NCBI GenBank assembly: GCA_035280845.1
Contig: DATEFB010000002.1
Coordinates: forward strand, 61,183-125,182
DNA length: 64,000 nucleotides
Direction: 5' to 3'
Origin: Candidatus Saccharimonadales bacterium
GTDB taxonomy: Bacteria; Patescibacteriota; Saccharimonadia; Saccharimonadales; EFPC-124
Part shown: piece by piece, positions 48,376 to 57,409 of the stretch
How the letters are laid out: the number at the start of each line of letters is the position of its first letter
Numbering within the stretch: position 1 is the stretch's first letter
Position numbers and translations under genes: made by a program
The notes under the pieces: generated by a model
Told to the model about the DNA's origin: nothing
The model's database searches: none
Seen by the model: only the letters and a program-made list of their open reading frames with translations

Positions 48376-49437
48376 ATGGCTGAATCATCCAAGAAGAAGA
48401 CTGACGCTCCTAAGACCGACGACGACACACAGGCTAAAGGCAAAGTGAACGAAGGTAAGCTAAAGGCACTTGGCCTGGCAATGGAGCAGATCGAAAAACA
48501 GTTCGGCACGGGCGCAATTATGCGTCTTGGCGAACAGAAACGCGCTGACGTTGAATTTATTTCATCTGGTGCGCTTAGCATTGACTTGGCGTTGGGCGGT
48601 GGGTTTCCAAAAGGCCGCATTATCGAAATTTATGGCCCGGAAAGCTCGGGTAAGACAACATTGACTTTGCACGCTATCGCCGAAGTCCAAAAGGCAGGTG
48701 GGACAGCTGCGTTCATTGACGCAGAGCATGCCTTGGACCCGGCATATGCCCGCCGGTTAGGTGTGGACACCGACAATTTGCTTATTAGCCAGCCAGACAA
48801 CGGTGAACAGGCCTTAGAGATTGTGGACACACTTGTTCACAGTAATGCCGTCGACCTGATTGTGGTTGACTCGGTTGCTGCGTTAACACCACAAGCCGAA
48901 ATTGAAGGCGATATGGGCGACAGCCACATGGGTCTGCAGGCTCGTCTTATGAGCCAGGCGCTTCGCAAACTAACAGGGGTTATTAGCAAGAGCAAGGCAA
49001 CAGTCATGTTTATTAACCAGATTCGCATGAAGATCGGTGTTATGTTCGGCAACCCCGAAACAACTACCGGTGGTAATGCGCTGAAGTTTTATGCAAGTGT
49101 TCGGCTCGACATCCGTCGTACTGGCCAAATTAAGGTTGGCGAGGAAGTTATTGGTAACCGAACCAAGGTTAAAGTGGTTAAAAATAAGATTGCGCCACCA
49201 TTCCGTCAGGCTGAATTCGACATTATGTACAACGAGGGCATTAGCCGCACCGGAGACGTGCTTGATTTGGCGGTGATTCACGGCGTTGTCGATAAATCGG
49301 GTGCGTGGTTCTCGTACAAAGATGGTAAGGTCGGCCAAGGCCGCGAAGCATCCAAGCTGTTCCTTAAAGAGAATCCAAAGATTACCGAAGAAATTGACAA
49401 GGCCGTTCGCGCCAAAGTGGCCGCTGACCAGCTTTAG
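48376..49437 (+). CDS. recA: Recombinase RecA
   Basis: 353 aa with Walker [10 protein letters not shown] and the motifs FIDAEHALD and VVDSVAAL. Confidence 0.97.
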   Translation: MAESSKKKTDAPKTDDDTQAKGKVNEGKLKALGLAMEQIEKQFGTGAIMRLGEQKRADVEFISSGALSIDLALGGGFPKGRIIEIYGPESSGKTTLTLHAIAEVQKAGGTAAFIDAEHALDPAYARRLGVDTDNLLISQPDNGEQALEIVDTLVHSNAVDLIVVDSVAALTPQAEIEGDMGDSHMGLQARLMSQALRKLTGVISKSKATVMFINQIRMKIGVMFGNPETTTGGNALKFYASVRLDIRRTGQIKVGEEVIGNRTKVKVVKNKIAPPFRQAEFDIMYNEGISRTGDVLDLAVIHGVVDKSGAWFSYKDGKVGQGREASKLFLKENPKITEEIDKAVRAKVAADQL

Positions 49438-49440
49438 GGT

Positions 49441-50016
49441 ATGAAGCGCGCGGTTATTCTGCACGGCAAGGATGGCCACGGACACGCCCATTGGTTTCCG
49501 TGGTTGAAATCCCGGCTCGAAGCCAAGGGCTACGAGGTATGGGTGCCAGATCTGCCGCGCGCCGAAGAGCCAGACGCTGAGCGGTGGACAGACTTTCTGT
49601 TTGCTGCCCGGGATTGGGATTTTAATGACAACTTGGTCATTGGTCATTCGGCAGGTGCTGTCGAGATCTTGCAACTTGCCATGGCTTTGCCTGAAGGTGT
49701 CCGGCTTCGTGCTGGCATTCTGTGTGGGGCATTCAGCCAGGCGCTACCCAACGACCCCGAGTGGCATGATCTAAAAAGAATGTTTGAACCGGCGCTTGCC
49801 GTTGAAGGCACCCGTCATAAGGCCGGGTCATTGGTGTTTGTCCATGCCCAGAACGACCCGTGGTGCCCACTGGAGCAGGCTGAAGAGATGGCTTCCCGGT
49901 TTGGTGGGGAGCTTGTTGTGCTCCCTGAGGGCCAGCACTTCTCGACAGCCCTTGATCCGCGTTTTAAAGAGTTTCCCGAGTTGCTCACGATTCTCGAAGA
50001 GCGGTCGCTCATATGA
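49441..50016 (+). CDS. Serine hydrolase of the YdeN/RBBP9-like alpha/beta family
   Basis: 191 aa with ILHG..G.....HWFPWLK near the N-terminus and the nucleophile motif GHSAG. Confidence 0.6.
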   Translation: MKRAVILHGKDGHGHAHWFPWLKSRLEAKGYEVWVPDLPRAEEPDAERWTDFLFAARDWDFNDNLVIGHSAGAVEILQLAMALPEGVRLRAGILCGAFSQALPNDPEWHDLKRMFEPALAVEGTRHKAGSLVFVHAQNDPWCPLEQAEEMASRFGGELVVLPEGQHFSTALDPRFKEFPELLTILEERSLI

Positions 50017-50621
50017 AGATTACAGCCATCAGGGCACAAGTAAAGAACCCGAACCGTGTCTCGATTTATATCGATGAAAAATACGCCTTGTCGCTCAATT
50101 ACAACCAGTTGCTTGACCAGAAACTGCATGCAGGTCTCGAGATCACCGAGGCGCAGCTCCACGAGTTGAAGCGCACAAGCGATTTTGGAAAAGCCTATGA
50201 GCGAGCCATGATGTATGCGTTATTGCGGCCGCGCTCTGTCCGCGAAATGCAGGACTATTGCCGCCGAAAAAAATGGGAGCCCGAAGACTGCCAGGTTATT
50301 ATCGACAAGCTCATTGCCAAACGGTATGTAAATGATCAGGTGTTTGCCAAATCGTGGGTCGAAAACAGAGCGCTCAACAAAAGTACGAGTCGCCGTAAAC
50401 TTATGCTTGAGCTAAAGCAAAAAGGGATCGCGGACGATATTATTCAAGAGGTTATTTTGGGCAGTACATACAACGAGTCAACTGCCCTGAGTGAGTTGGT
50501 TGCCAAGAAGCGTCGGTTGACGCGGTACAAAGGTGATGACCAGAAGCTTATGCAGTATTTGGCTCGTCAGGGTTTTGGGTTCGACGACATCAAACAGGCT
50601 CTTGCTCAGGCACAGGATTAA
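50013..50621 (+). CDS. recX: RecA regulator RecX
   Basis: 202 aa of repeated three-helix units. It lies in the recA neighbourhood and overlaps the preceding gene by 4 nt. Confidence 0.75.
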   Translation: MKITAIRAQVKNPNRVSIYIDEKYALSLNYNQLLDQKLHAGLEITEAQLHELKRTSDFGKAYERAMMYALLRPRSVREMQDYCRRKKWEPEDCQVIIDKLIAKRYVNDQVFAKSWVENRALNKSTSRRKLMLELKQKGIADDIIQEVILGSTYNESTALSELVAKKRRLTRYKGDDQKLMQYLARQGFGFDDIKQALAQAQD

Positions 50622-51208
50622 GCTTTGTCGCGGGCGGTGTCTGTGTGTGCGTGAGTGGCCTCTGGTTGGGTGCGGTGCGTGCTAAATGGGTTTTCGACAA
50701 TCTTTTTAGGCGTCACAACTGGCTCAGTTGCTGACCTGACGACGATTTTTTGATCGTTGATTTCTATAATTTGTGTGCGTCCAATCAATACATGTGCCGT
50801 GCCCCATGATTTCCACATACTGGGCTGTACCTCGAGCTGGGTAATATAAAAAGACCGCAGGTCGGTTGTGTAGTTTGTGACTTTGCCAATCTTGTGCCCG
50901 TTTTCTTCTATAACTAACTTGCCCTCAAGGCTAAAGTTGAAGCCGATGACTTGTTGGAGGCGCACAAGATCTTGAGGAGACATGAGTACATCTGCGCTAT
51001 CGACAATAAAGCCAAGGCTGCCGGATTCACGAATGTCATCAATATGCAAAATGGCGGGGTTAATACCGACACGTGGCCCTTGGCAGTAGAAGGCTACCAC
51101 TGTTAGCTGACGGGGATCAATAAGAGGCTGCACGGTTTGGGCGATTTCGGATCCGGTTTGCAGGCTCATAATAGGCACAGCAGCAAGACGTTCTTTTAGA
51201 ACAAGCAT
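50618..51208 (-). CDS. PRC-barrel-like domain protein
   Basis: 196 aa with two PRC-like halves (VPIMSLQTGSEIAQ...; GHKIGKVTNYTTD...). Confidence 0.45.
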   Translation of the reverse strand: MLVLKERLAAVPIMSLQTGSEIAQTVQPLIDPRQLTVVAFYCQGPRVGINPAILHIDDIRESGSLGFIVDSADVLMSPQDLVRLQQVIGFNFSLEGKLVIEENGHKIGKVTNYTTDLRSFYITQLEVQPSMWKSWGTAHVLIGRTQIIEINDQKIVVRSATEPVVTPKKIVENPFSTHRTQPEATHAHTDTARDKA

Positions 51209-51283
51209 AGTTCTATTATAAACGACCTGGCTGTGGAAAAAATGGTACTTTACATCCTAGCGAGCTGCTTGCATACTCCGGCC

Positions 51284-52729
51284 ATGAAAAAACGATATAT
51301 TTTGTTGGCAATACTTATTGCGTGTAGCTGGGCGCCCGCCGTACATGCAGAAGAGCCGGCGACGCAATCGATTGTTATCGCTGCGGTGCAAACTGGTCAA
51401 GAAGGCGCAGTCGGGAATGATTATGCAGTTATCTACAATAACGGTACTCAGGCGGCCGATGTAACTGGGTGGCGATTGCAATACCGTGCCGCTGGATCGA
51501 CAGGCAATACAGGGTGGACGACAAAGCGGACAATCGCCTGTGTGGATCAGCAACCAGGCTGCACAGTAGTGTTGCCGGTCGGTGCCAGTTTGGTTTTTGG
51601 CACGTACAGTCCTGCTGGTGTTGTGGTACAACCTATGGCGAGTGGCTTTAGCGATACCGGTGGACAGATGCGGCTTGTGCGTCCGCTTAGCGGTTCGCAG
51701 GTTGCAGTCCTTGATATGGTCGGATACGGAACGGCAGCAGAGTCAGAAGGTGGCGCGCCGGCCGCTGTGCCGCCTGCCGGGAGAGCTATACTGCGCGATA
51801 GCGCCGATGGTTTTTTGGCGGACACAAATAACAATAGCTATGATTTTAGCGTCGGATGTTATGACCCTGCAGTTGTGGGCATGCCGGTGCTGGTTTCGTG
51901 CGATCCTGCTGTACCTGAAGAGGATGAGGAAGAGCCGCAATTGCCGCAGCCCGTGACGCCAGTCGACCCACCCGCGACACCTGATCCAATTCCTGTTACA
52001 TATGCCCGCATCATTGTGACCGAACTTTTGCCGGATCCTGAAAGTCCGGCCACTGATAGCGCTGATGAGTACATAGAGATTCATAACCCCGGAGCCGCGC
52101 CGGTTGATCTAGCGGGTTATACTCTACAAGCTGGTACGGATTTTAAAGATAGCTACACATTTGGGTCAATGCTTGTGGCGCCTGGTGGATACGCAGCTAT
52201 ATACTCTGCCATAACTCATCTGGGATTGACGAATGGTGGCAGTGCCGTGCAGCTGCTTGACCCAACCGGAGCGCCAATCGATGCCGTGGCATCATACGGC
52301 CAGGCAAAAAGCGGCAAGGCGTGGGCCAAGCAGGACAGCGGCGTTTGGGCGTGGACTAGCCCAACTCCCGGCTCGCAGAATGTATTTACGGCAACGCAAT
52401 CACCGGCAGTACTTGCAGCTACCGCAGCGGTTAAGAAGGCGGCAGCGGCAGCTGCAACAAAGAAAGCAGCAGCCAAGCCAAAGGCCGTCAAAGCAGCCGC
52501 CACTCCTACCGCCAAGAGCAACACAAAAGCGCAGACCGTATCAAATCAAACACCACAGGAGCAGGCCGGTAGCCAAGTTCCTTATCTTATTCTGGGTGTG
52601 GTAGGCCTTGGTGTCGTGGCATATGCCGCGTATGAATACCGCCAAGATATCGCTCGGTTCGGACGAAAACTAAAGGCAACGGCGAGTCGCAGGCGGTCCG
52701 CCGCCGAACCTACTCTGCAAACGGATTAA
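51284..52729 (+). CDS. Secreted protein with two lamin-tail domains, an Ala/Lys-rich tract and a C-terminal TM anchor
   Basis: I trimmed the start to the ATG at 51284 (signal peptide MKKRYILLAILIACSWAPAVHA). The two LTD signatures are IVIAAVQTG..DYAVIYNNG..ADVTGWRLQY and IIVTELLPDP...DEYIEIHNPGAAPVDLAGYTLQ. The tract AAVKKAAAAAATKKAAAKPKAVKAAATPTAK (nt ~52424-52535) is followed by a TM helix. Confidence 0.8.
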   Translation: MKKRYILLAILIACSWAPAVHAEEPATQSIVIAAVQTGQEGAVGNDYAVIYNNGTQAADVTGWRLQYRAAGSTGNTGWTTKRTIACVDQQPGCTVVLPVGASLVFGTYSPAGVVVQPMASGFSDTGGQMRLVRPLSGSQVAVLDMVGYGTAAESEGGAPAAVPPAGRAILRDSADGFLADTNNNSYDFSVGCYDPAVVGMPVLVSCDPAVPEEDEEEPQLPQPVTPVDPPATPDPIPVTYARIIVTELLPDPESPATDSADEYIEIHNPGAAPVDLAGYTLQAGTDFKDSYTFGSMLVAPGGYAAIYSAITHLGLTNGGSAVQLLDPTGAPIDAVASYGQAKSGKAWAKQDSGVWAWTSPTPGSQNVFTATQSPAVLAATAAVKKAAAAAATKKAAAKPKAVKAAATPTAKSNTKAQTVSNQTPQEQAGSQVPYLILGVVGLGVVAYAAYEYRQDIARFGRKLKATASRRRSAAEPTLQTD

Positions 52730-53030
52730 TACGCCCGGCAGGAAAGTTGGCTTCAGGGACTGCGGTGTCTGTGCTCTTTTGCAGGGCCTTGATTTTCTCT
52801 ATAGTATCGCGAGCGTTCTTGTTAAACTTACTGCCAATTGTCGACTGCAAGCGTTCGCTTCGATACGCGTCATCAGTTGGGGCTGCAAGTGTTTGGTTGA
52901 CCGAATAAATAACGGCCGCTACGCCACCAAATAGTAATATCGTCACAATAAAGTAATGATGCTTTGCTACAGGTTTTAGCTTACGCAGCTGGCTTTTGAC
53001 TTTGGGCGGGACCTTTATACCGAATGCCAT
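52710..53030 (-). CDS. Small membrane-anchored pilus-operon protein (possibly PilP-like)
   Basis: 106 aa and the last gene of the pilus operon. It has one TM helix and a C-terminal GRINPF motif. Confidence 0.5.
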   Translation of the reverse strand: MAFGIKVPPKVKSQLRKLKPVAKHHYFIVTILLFGGVAAVIYSVNQTLAAPTDDAYRSERLQSTIGSKFNKNARDTIEKIKALQKSTDTAVPEANFPAGRINPFAE

Positions 53031-53034
53031 AATA

Positions 53035-53580
53035 TTAACTCTTTAAGAAGACCTCTAAACTTAATGATGGCGTAGCAACTGCCTTGGGATCCTTATCGGG
53101 TGCAAGTGTTAGGCTTGTGACCTGGATTTTAGTAAGGTTCTGTTCTATGTCGCGCAAGAAGAGCATGAAGGTAGTGTAGGGGATTGGTCCCTTCAGGCTC
53201 ACGTTAAAGGCCACTTTTTTTGCCCCAGATGCAGCAGGTGTATTAGTAGAGGTGAAGTCGATAGTATTTACCCGTATGCCGTACCGCGCCGCATAGTCCG
53301 AGACATCTTTTATGACCTGGTCTTGGTAGCGGTATTGGTCGGTCGAAACGGCGATCTGCTTTGCTCGCTCTACTATGTCCTGGTCATCGGCCAGTTGTTT
53401 TTGCAGTGTCTTTAGTTGTTGTAGCTCTGCCGTACTGACTTCAGAATCAATCTTGGCGTGGTCGGTGTCGCGGACGCTGTTTGCAAGAAGGCCTTGGACC
53501 CACCAGGCACCTGCCGAGAAACCGCCCATAAGTACTACAATTAACCCTAGTAAAATGTAGCGGAGTTTTGTTGCAGTCAT
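53035..53580 (-). CDS. pilO: PilO-like type IV pilus assembly protein
   Basis: 181 aa. Called from its N-terminal TM helix plus coiled coil and its position after pilN. Confidence 0.6.
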   Translation of the reverse strand: MTATKLRYILLGLIVVLMGGFSAGAWWVQGLLANSVRDTDHAKIDSEVSTAELQQLKTLQKQLADDQDIVERAKQIAVSTDQYRYQDQVIKDVSDYAARYGIRVNTIDFTSTNTPAASGAKKVAFNVSLKGPIPYTTFMLFLRDIEQNLTKIQVTSLTLAPDKDPKAVATPSLSLEVFLKS

Positions 53581-53582
53581 GA

Positions 53583-54167
53583 CTATTTTGCCCCCTGGGT
53601 GGCTGGCGTTTTTTGCGCCTTAATGCTTACGGCAAAGGGATACTTCTTAATAATGTCAGTGGTCTGGGGGGTGATTTCGGCCTGACTGACGTTCACAATG
53701 TTCACTTTCTCGAACACCGGCGAGGCGTCAAGGCTGTTTTTAAGTGCGACTGCTGCATCATACGATTGCGCCCGTCCACTAATGTCGATTGGTGCGTCGG
53801 CTTTGCCTGTCGTCGAGAGTGTCAGGTTATTTAAGATGACTCCCCCCGGTACGGCCGCTGCAATATCGAGGATGAGTTTACTGAAGCTTGAATTGCTCGA
53901 GAGAATAGTGCGAGCCGCCGTCAGGTCTTTAGCAAAACTCTCGGCCGCCGCTTTGGTCTTGGCATAGGGCTGGGCAGAGGCTTCGCTCTCGAGTTTCAGG
54001 TTCTCGGCAAACTTGCGGTCGTTCATGTCAGCCAAGAAGCCTACCGTAAACACACCTCCAAGCAAGATAGCAGTGAATAGAATGAGCATGCAGTAGCGAT
54101 ACAGCACGACATTTGTACGTGCCGCGCGGATTTGACGCTTCATCTCTGGCGCGAGAAGGTTGATCAT
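53583..54167 (-). CDS. pilN: PilN-like type IV pilus assembly protein
   Basis: 194 aa with the N-terminus MINLLAPE, one TM helix, and a 4-nt overlap with pilM. Confidence 0.7.
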   Translation of the reverse strand: MINLLAPEMKRQIRAARTNVVLYRYCMLILFTAILLGGVFTVGFLADMNDRKFAENLKLESEASAQPYAKTKAAAESFAKDLTAARTILSSNSSFSKLILDIAAAVPGGVILNNLTLSTTGKADAPIDISGRAQSYDAAVALKNSLDASPVFEKVNIVNVSQAEITPQTTDIIKKYPFAVSIKAQKTPATQGAK

Positions 54168-55225
54168 GCCCAGATCTCCTTGGGGTCAATGATGGCGAGA
54201 CCAGCCGCAGTAATGTAGCGGGGCTTAAATTGGTGGCTGGGTGGCGTCAAGTGGCCGAAGCTTAGCGAATGCCAGGGGTTGGCGACTCGGGCTGGCATAA
54301 GCATGGCGTCAGTCAGGAATTCGCCGAGGCCAGGTAAGTTTGAGCCTCCGCCGACAATAATGATCTGTTCAATCTTGGTTTTTGCTCCAAGACGCTCAGA
54401 GTAATACCGCAGAATTTTGCGTGTTTCAACCGCAACCTCATTTAAAACAGGCTCAAGTACGGCGCGCATTTTTGATTGTCGTGGCCCGGGGTTGAGCCCG
54501 CTGTGCACTTTTAGTTGGTGTGCCTCTTCGTAACTAACTTTTAACTTTTCGGCAATCTTGTATGTGAACGTGTGGCCACCAACTGAGGCGCTGCCAGTCA
54601 CACGGACCACTTGGTCAAAAAGGGCAATGTCGCTGGTTGCCGCACCAACATCGATAATAATAGTCGGCAGGTGCCCTTCTTCGGTGTTGCGAATAAGTCG
54701 GGCGGCAGCGCTAATGCCTGGCTCCACCAAGACTGGTTGCAAGCCAGCCGATTGGCAAGCGTCATGGATAGAGTCAACGATGCGCTTCGGAACAGCCGAA
54801 AAAAGTACCGTCAGGTTTTCTTTGGTGCGTTCAATGATCTGGTAGTCAGTGTATAGGTCGGCGGCGGCAATGGGGATGTACTGCTCGGACTCAAGCTGTA
54901 GTGCTTCATCAAGGTTGGCCTCGGCGTCCAGAGGCAGCTGAATGGTGCGGCTGTACGTGCGCGATGTCGGCACACTAATTGCAACATGCGTACTTGGCAG
55001 ATGGCCGTTAATCTTGGTGTCGAGCAGCTGTCTCATGCCTGCGCCCAAATAATCATCACCTTTTGTAATGCTGGTTTGCATTTTTTGCGGATCAAGATCG
55101 ATCGCGCCATATCCAAGCACGGACATTCTGTGGGGATTTATGGCCATCATTTTAATACCGGTCGTACTCACGTCGACACCGATTAAAGGTTTGTCCCGGT
55201 AGAATAATTTAGTTTTAGTGCCCAT
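54164..55225 (-). CDS. pilM: Type IV pilus assembly protein PilM (actin-like ATPase fold)
   Basis: 353 aa with the motifs IGVDVSTTGIKMMAI, IIDVGAATSDIAL and IIIVGGGSNLPGL. Confidence 0.85.
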   Translation of the reverse strand: MGTKTKLFYRDKPLIGVDVSTTGIKMMAINPHRMSVLGYGAIDLDPQKMQTSITKGDDYLGAGMRQLLDTKINGHLPSTHVAISVPTSRTYSRTIQLPLDAEANLDEALQLESEQYIPIAAADLYTDYQIIERTKENLTVLFSAVPKRIVDSIHDACQSAGLQPVLVEPGISAAARLIRNTEEGHLPTIIIDVGAATSDIALFDQVVRVTGSASVGGHTFTYKIAEKLKVSYEEAHQLKVHSGLNPGPRQSKMRAVLEPVLNEVAVETRKILRYYSERLGAKTKIEQIIIVGGGSNLPGLGEFLTDAMLMPARVANPWHSLSFGHLTPPSHQFKPRYITAAGLAIIDPKEIWA

Positions 55226-55250
55226 CTCTATAATTCTTATGGTTAGTATA

Positions 55251-56819
55251 TCATGGGCCGGTCAGGACTTCGCGCCATGACAATACGTTATACGTGCTTG
55301 TAACTGGCCAACTTGGTGGTGGGTTGTACAACAAATTGTAATCATATTGGGTGGTGTTGTTGAGGATGCCCGAAATGTAGCCGTTTGTGGCACTAAATGC
55401 CGCATCGCCGCACGACCCGCCCATAAACCAGGTCCATGTCCATGATTGCCGTGTTGCCACCGAGCCATAGAAGGTAAATGTCTGGTTGCCATTTACCCAC
55501 CCACGCGTGCAGGTGTTGACGCTGCGGTAACGGCTAGGGTAATTAACAGGTCCGGATTGCGCAATCATGGCGGCATTAACCTCGAAGTTAAATGCACCCG
55601 AAGCCGGAGGCGCGTACGGTGAGATTGTGACCGAGTTTTCGGCCACCAGGCCAATAGCGTCACTTCCGTCTTTGGCTGTATATAAAAGGTCGTCAATAAT
55701 CGTTACTTCAGTGTTTTGCGATGAGCTTGCAAGTCGTCCGGCTGCAATCGTGACGCGCCCATGGAACGTCGGATTACTGCGAACCCATACATTATCCTCG
55801 ACAAAAATGACGCCCGATGCGGGAATGGCGATATTATTGGCCACCGATACCCGGGTCAAGGCGCTGGTGTATGGAGTATTGCGGTCGTTCTCGCCGTTAA
55901 CCTGCCAGAGGTTGTAGGTGCCGGTCGGGTTGAGCTCAATCATGTACCCACGGTTCGTGGTAAATGACCCCGAAGAGCTGCGCTGTGGCAGATAAGCATC
56001 GGTGCGGTCATTGGGCGTTTGAGAGCAGGCGTTCGATTGCGCCGCGATTGACGCCGTTGATGCATCAGACAGGAAGGCAACCTTCTTCATGGTGCACAGG
56101 CTGCTGCTTACAACATTAAAATCGATGGACGTTACAGGGTAGCGCCAGTCGGACTTGTTTCGTGTGTTGCAATTAACCGGGCTGGTAATGCTGGCGTGGC
56201 ACCAGACTCCTGGCTTGCTACTGCCGTCACCGCCCAGGTTGCTTGGCGGGACGTACGTGGCGTTTGTGCTGGTAACATCGCTGTTGCTGGCACCGTCCAT
56301 GCGGACCCCCTGGTTGGAGTGAATCGGTCCGTTCGCGCTTTCGGTATTACCAAACCAAAGCGCCGTGTCGGACACAACAGCGTAGCTTGCAAATGACGGT
56401 GCGCCGATCTGCGCATCGATAGTCCGCTTAATATTCGTGTTTGCCACTTGGCCGATGGCGCGTATCTTAACAACTGTGGAGCCTCCGCCCTGAGGTTTTA
56501 TCCAAAGGGTGTATGTGCCTTGGGTTTTGGCATTGTCATCGATGTAGTTATGGACATACGGGCCATAACCAAGCTGCGGATCCTGTGTGGCGGGCGTACT
56601 TTGGCCATCTTTATAATCGGTAGGGTTGTGGCTGAGGTGCCAGAGATAATAGTTAATCCCCGCCTCGGCGATATTAAATGCTTTCTGGCTTTGAATGTTC
56701 GAATTAGTAAGTGTAATGTTATTGCCGACCAGCTGCACTACCGCCATAAAGATAATAGAAATCATCACCAAAAAGCCAAGGACACTGGGAAGTATGAAGC
56801 CTGTTTGTTTTTGGATCAT
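55251..56819 (-). CDS. Large (522-aa) PilX-like / pilus-associated protein with a hydrophobic N-terminal helix
   Basis: The N-terminus is MIQKQTGFILPSVLGFLVMISIIFMAVVQL, followed by a ~490-aa domain containing several Cys residues. Confidence 0.6.
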   Translation of the reverse strand: MIQKQTGFILPSVLGFLVMISIIFMAVVQLVGNNITLTNSNIQSQKAFNIAEAGINYYLWHLSHNPTDYKDGQSTPATQDPQLGYGPYVHNYIDDNAKTQGTYTLWIKPQGGGSTVVKIRAIGQVANTNIKRTIDAQIGAPSFASYAVVSDTALWFGNTESANGPIHSNQGVRMDGASNSDVTSTNATYVPPSNLGGDGSSKPGVWCHASITSPVNCNTRNKSDWRYPVTSIDFNVVSSSLCTMKKVAFLSDASTASIAAQSNACSQTPNDRTDAYLPQRSSSGSFTTNRGYMIELNPTGTYNLWQVNGENDRNTPYTSALTRVSVANNIAIPASGVIFVEDNVWVRSNPTFHGRVTIAAGRLASSSQNTEVTIIDDLLYTAKDGSDAIGLVAENSVTISPYAPPASGAFNFEVNAAMIAQSGPVNYPSRYRSVNTCTRGWVNGNQTFTFYGSVATRQSWTWTWFMGGSCGDAAFSATNGYISGILNNTTQYDYNLLYNPPPSWPVTSTYNVLSWREVLTGP

Positions 56820-57409
56820 AGGTTAGTCTTTCTGTTTCGCATGCTTACTTGAATGGTGATGGTATCATTGCCCGATTGGCTTGGCAGGGTAATCGGTACC
56901 GCCAGGTTGACCCTGGCGCCTTTTATGGTGTGCAGATCACTGATGGGCATGGCAAGGGTGTTGCCGGCAGCATCAAGGTATTCGAACGTATTAACCCCGG
57001 CCGCAGAGTAAAAGTTTTCGATAATAGTCACAGTGCGCTGCTGTGCCGTTAGTAGCGTTCCAGTTGGCGGGTTAGCCGTCATGGGCGTAATATCTGCCAG
57101 CAGTTTGGTGCCCGCAGCATTTTTGTAGTAATGGATTAGCGAGACGTAGGTATCGTTAGGCGCAAAGTAGGCATATACCGTAACTTCTGTGTTCGTGGCT
57201 TGGGTAATATCTGTGGCGCCACGCAGTACCTTGGCCAAACGCTGCGATTGCATAGAGAGCTGGCTGAACATCAGACCTTCCTGTTCCAGAACAAAGAATT
57301 GCCTGAGCGTGGTGTTAAAAAAGGGATACGCCACCACGATCAGGATGCCTATGATTGATAAGCCAATAACAAACTCGGCCAGCGAAAAGCCTTGGTTACG
57401 GCGTGACAT
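56816..57409 (-). CDS. Minor pilin (prepilin-type N-terminus)
   Basis: The N-terminus is MSRRNQGFSLAEFVIGLSIIGILIVVAYPFF; 197 aa. Confidence 0.8.
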   Translation of the reverse strand: MSRRNQGFSLAEFVIGLSIIGILIVVAYPFFNTTLRQFFVLEQEGLMFSQLSMQSQRLAKVLRGATDITQATNTEVTVYAYFAPNDTYVSLIHYYKNAAGTKLLADITPMTANPPTGTLLTAQQRTVTIIENFYSAAGVNTFEYLDAAGNTLAMPISDLHTIKGARVNLAVPITLPSQSGNDTITIQVSMRNRKTNL

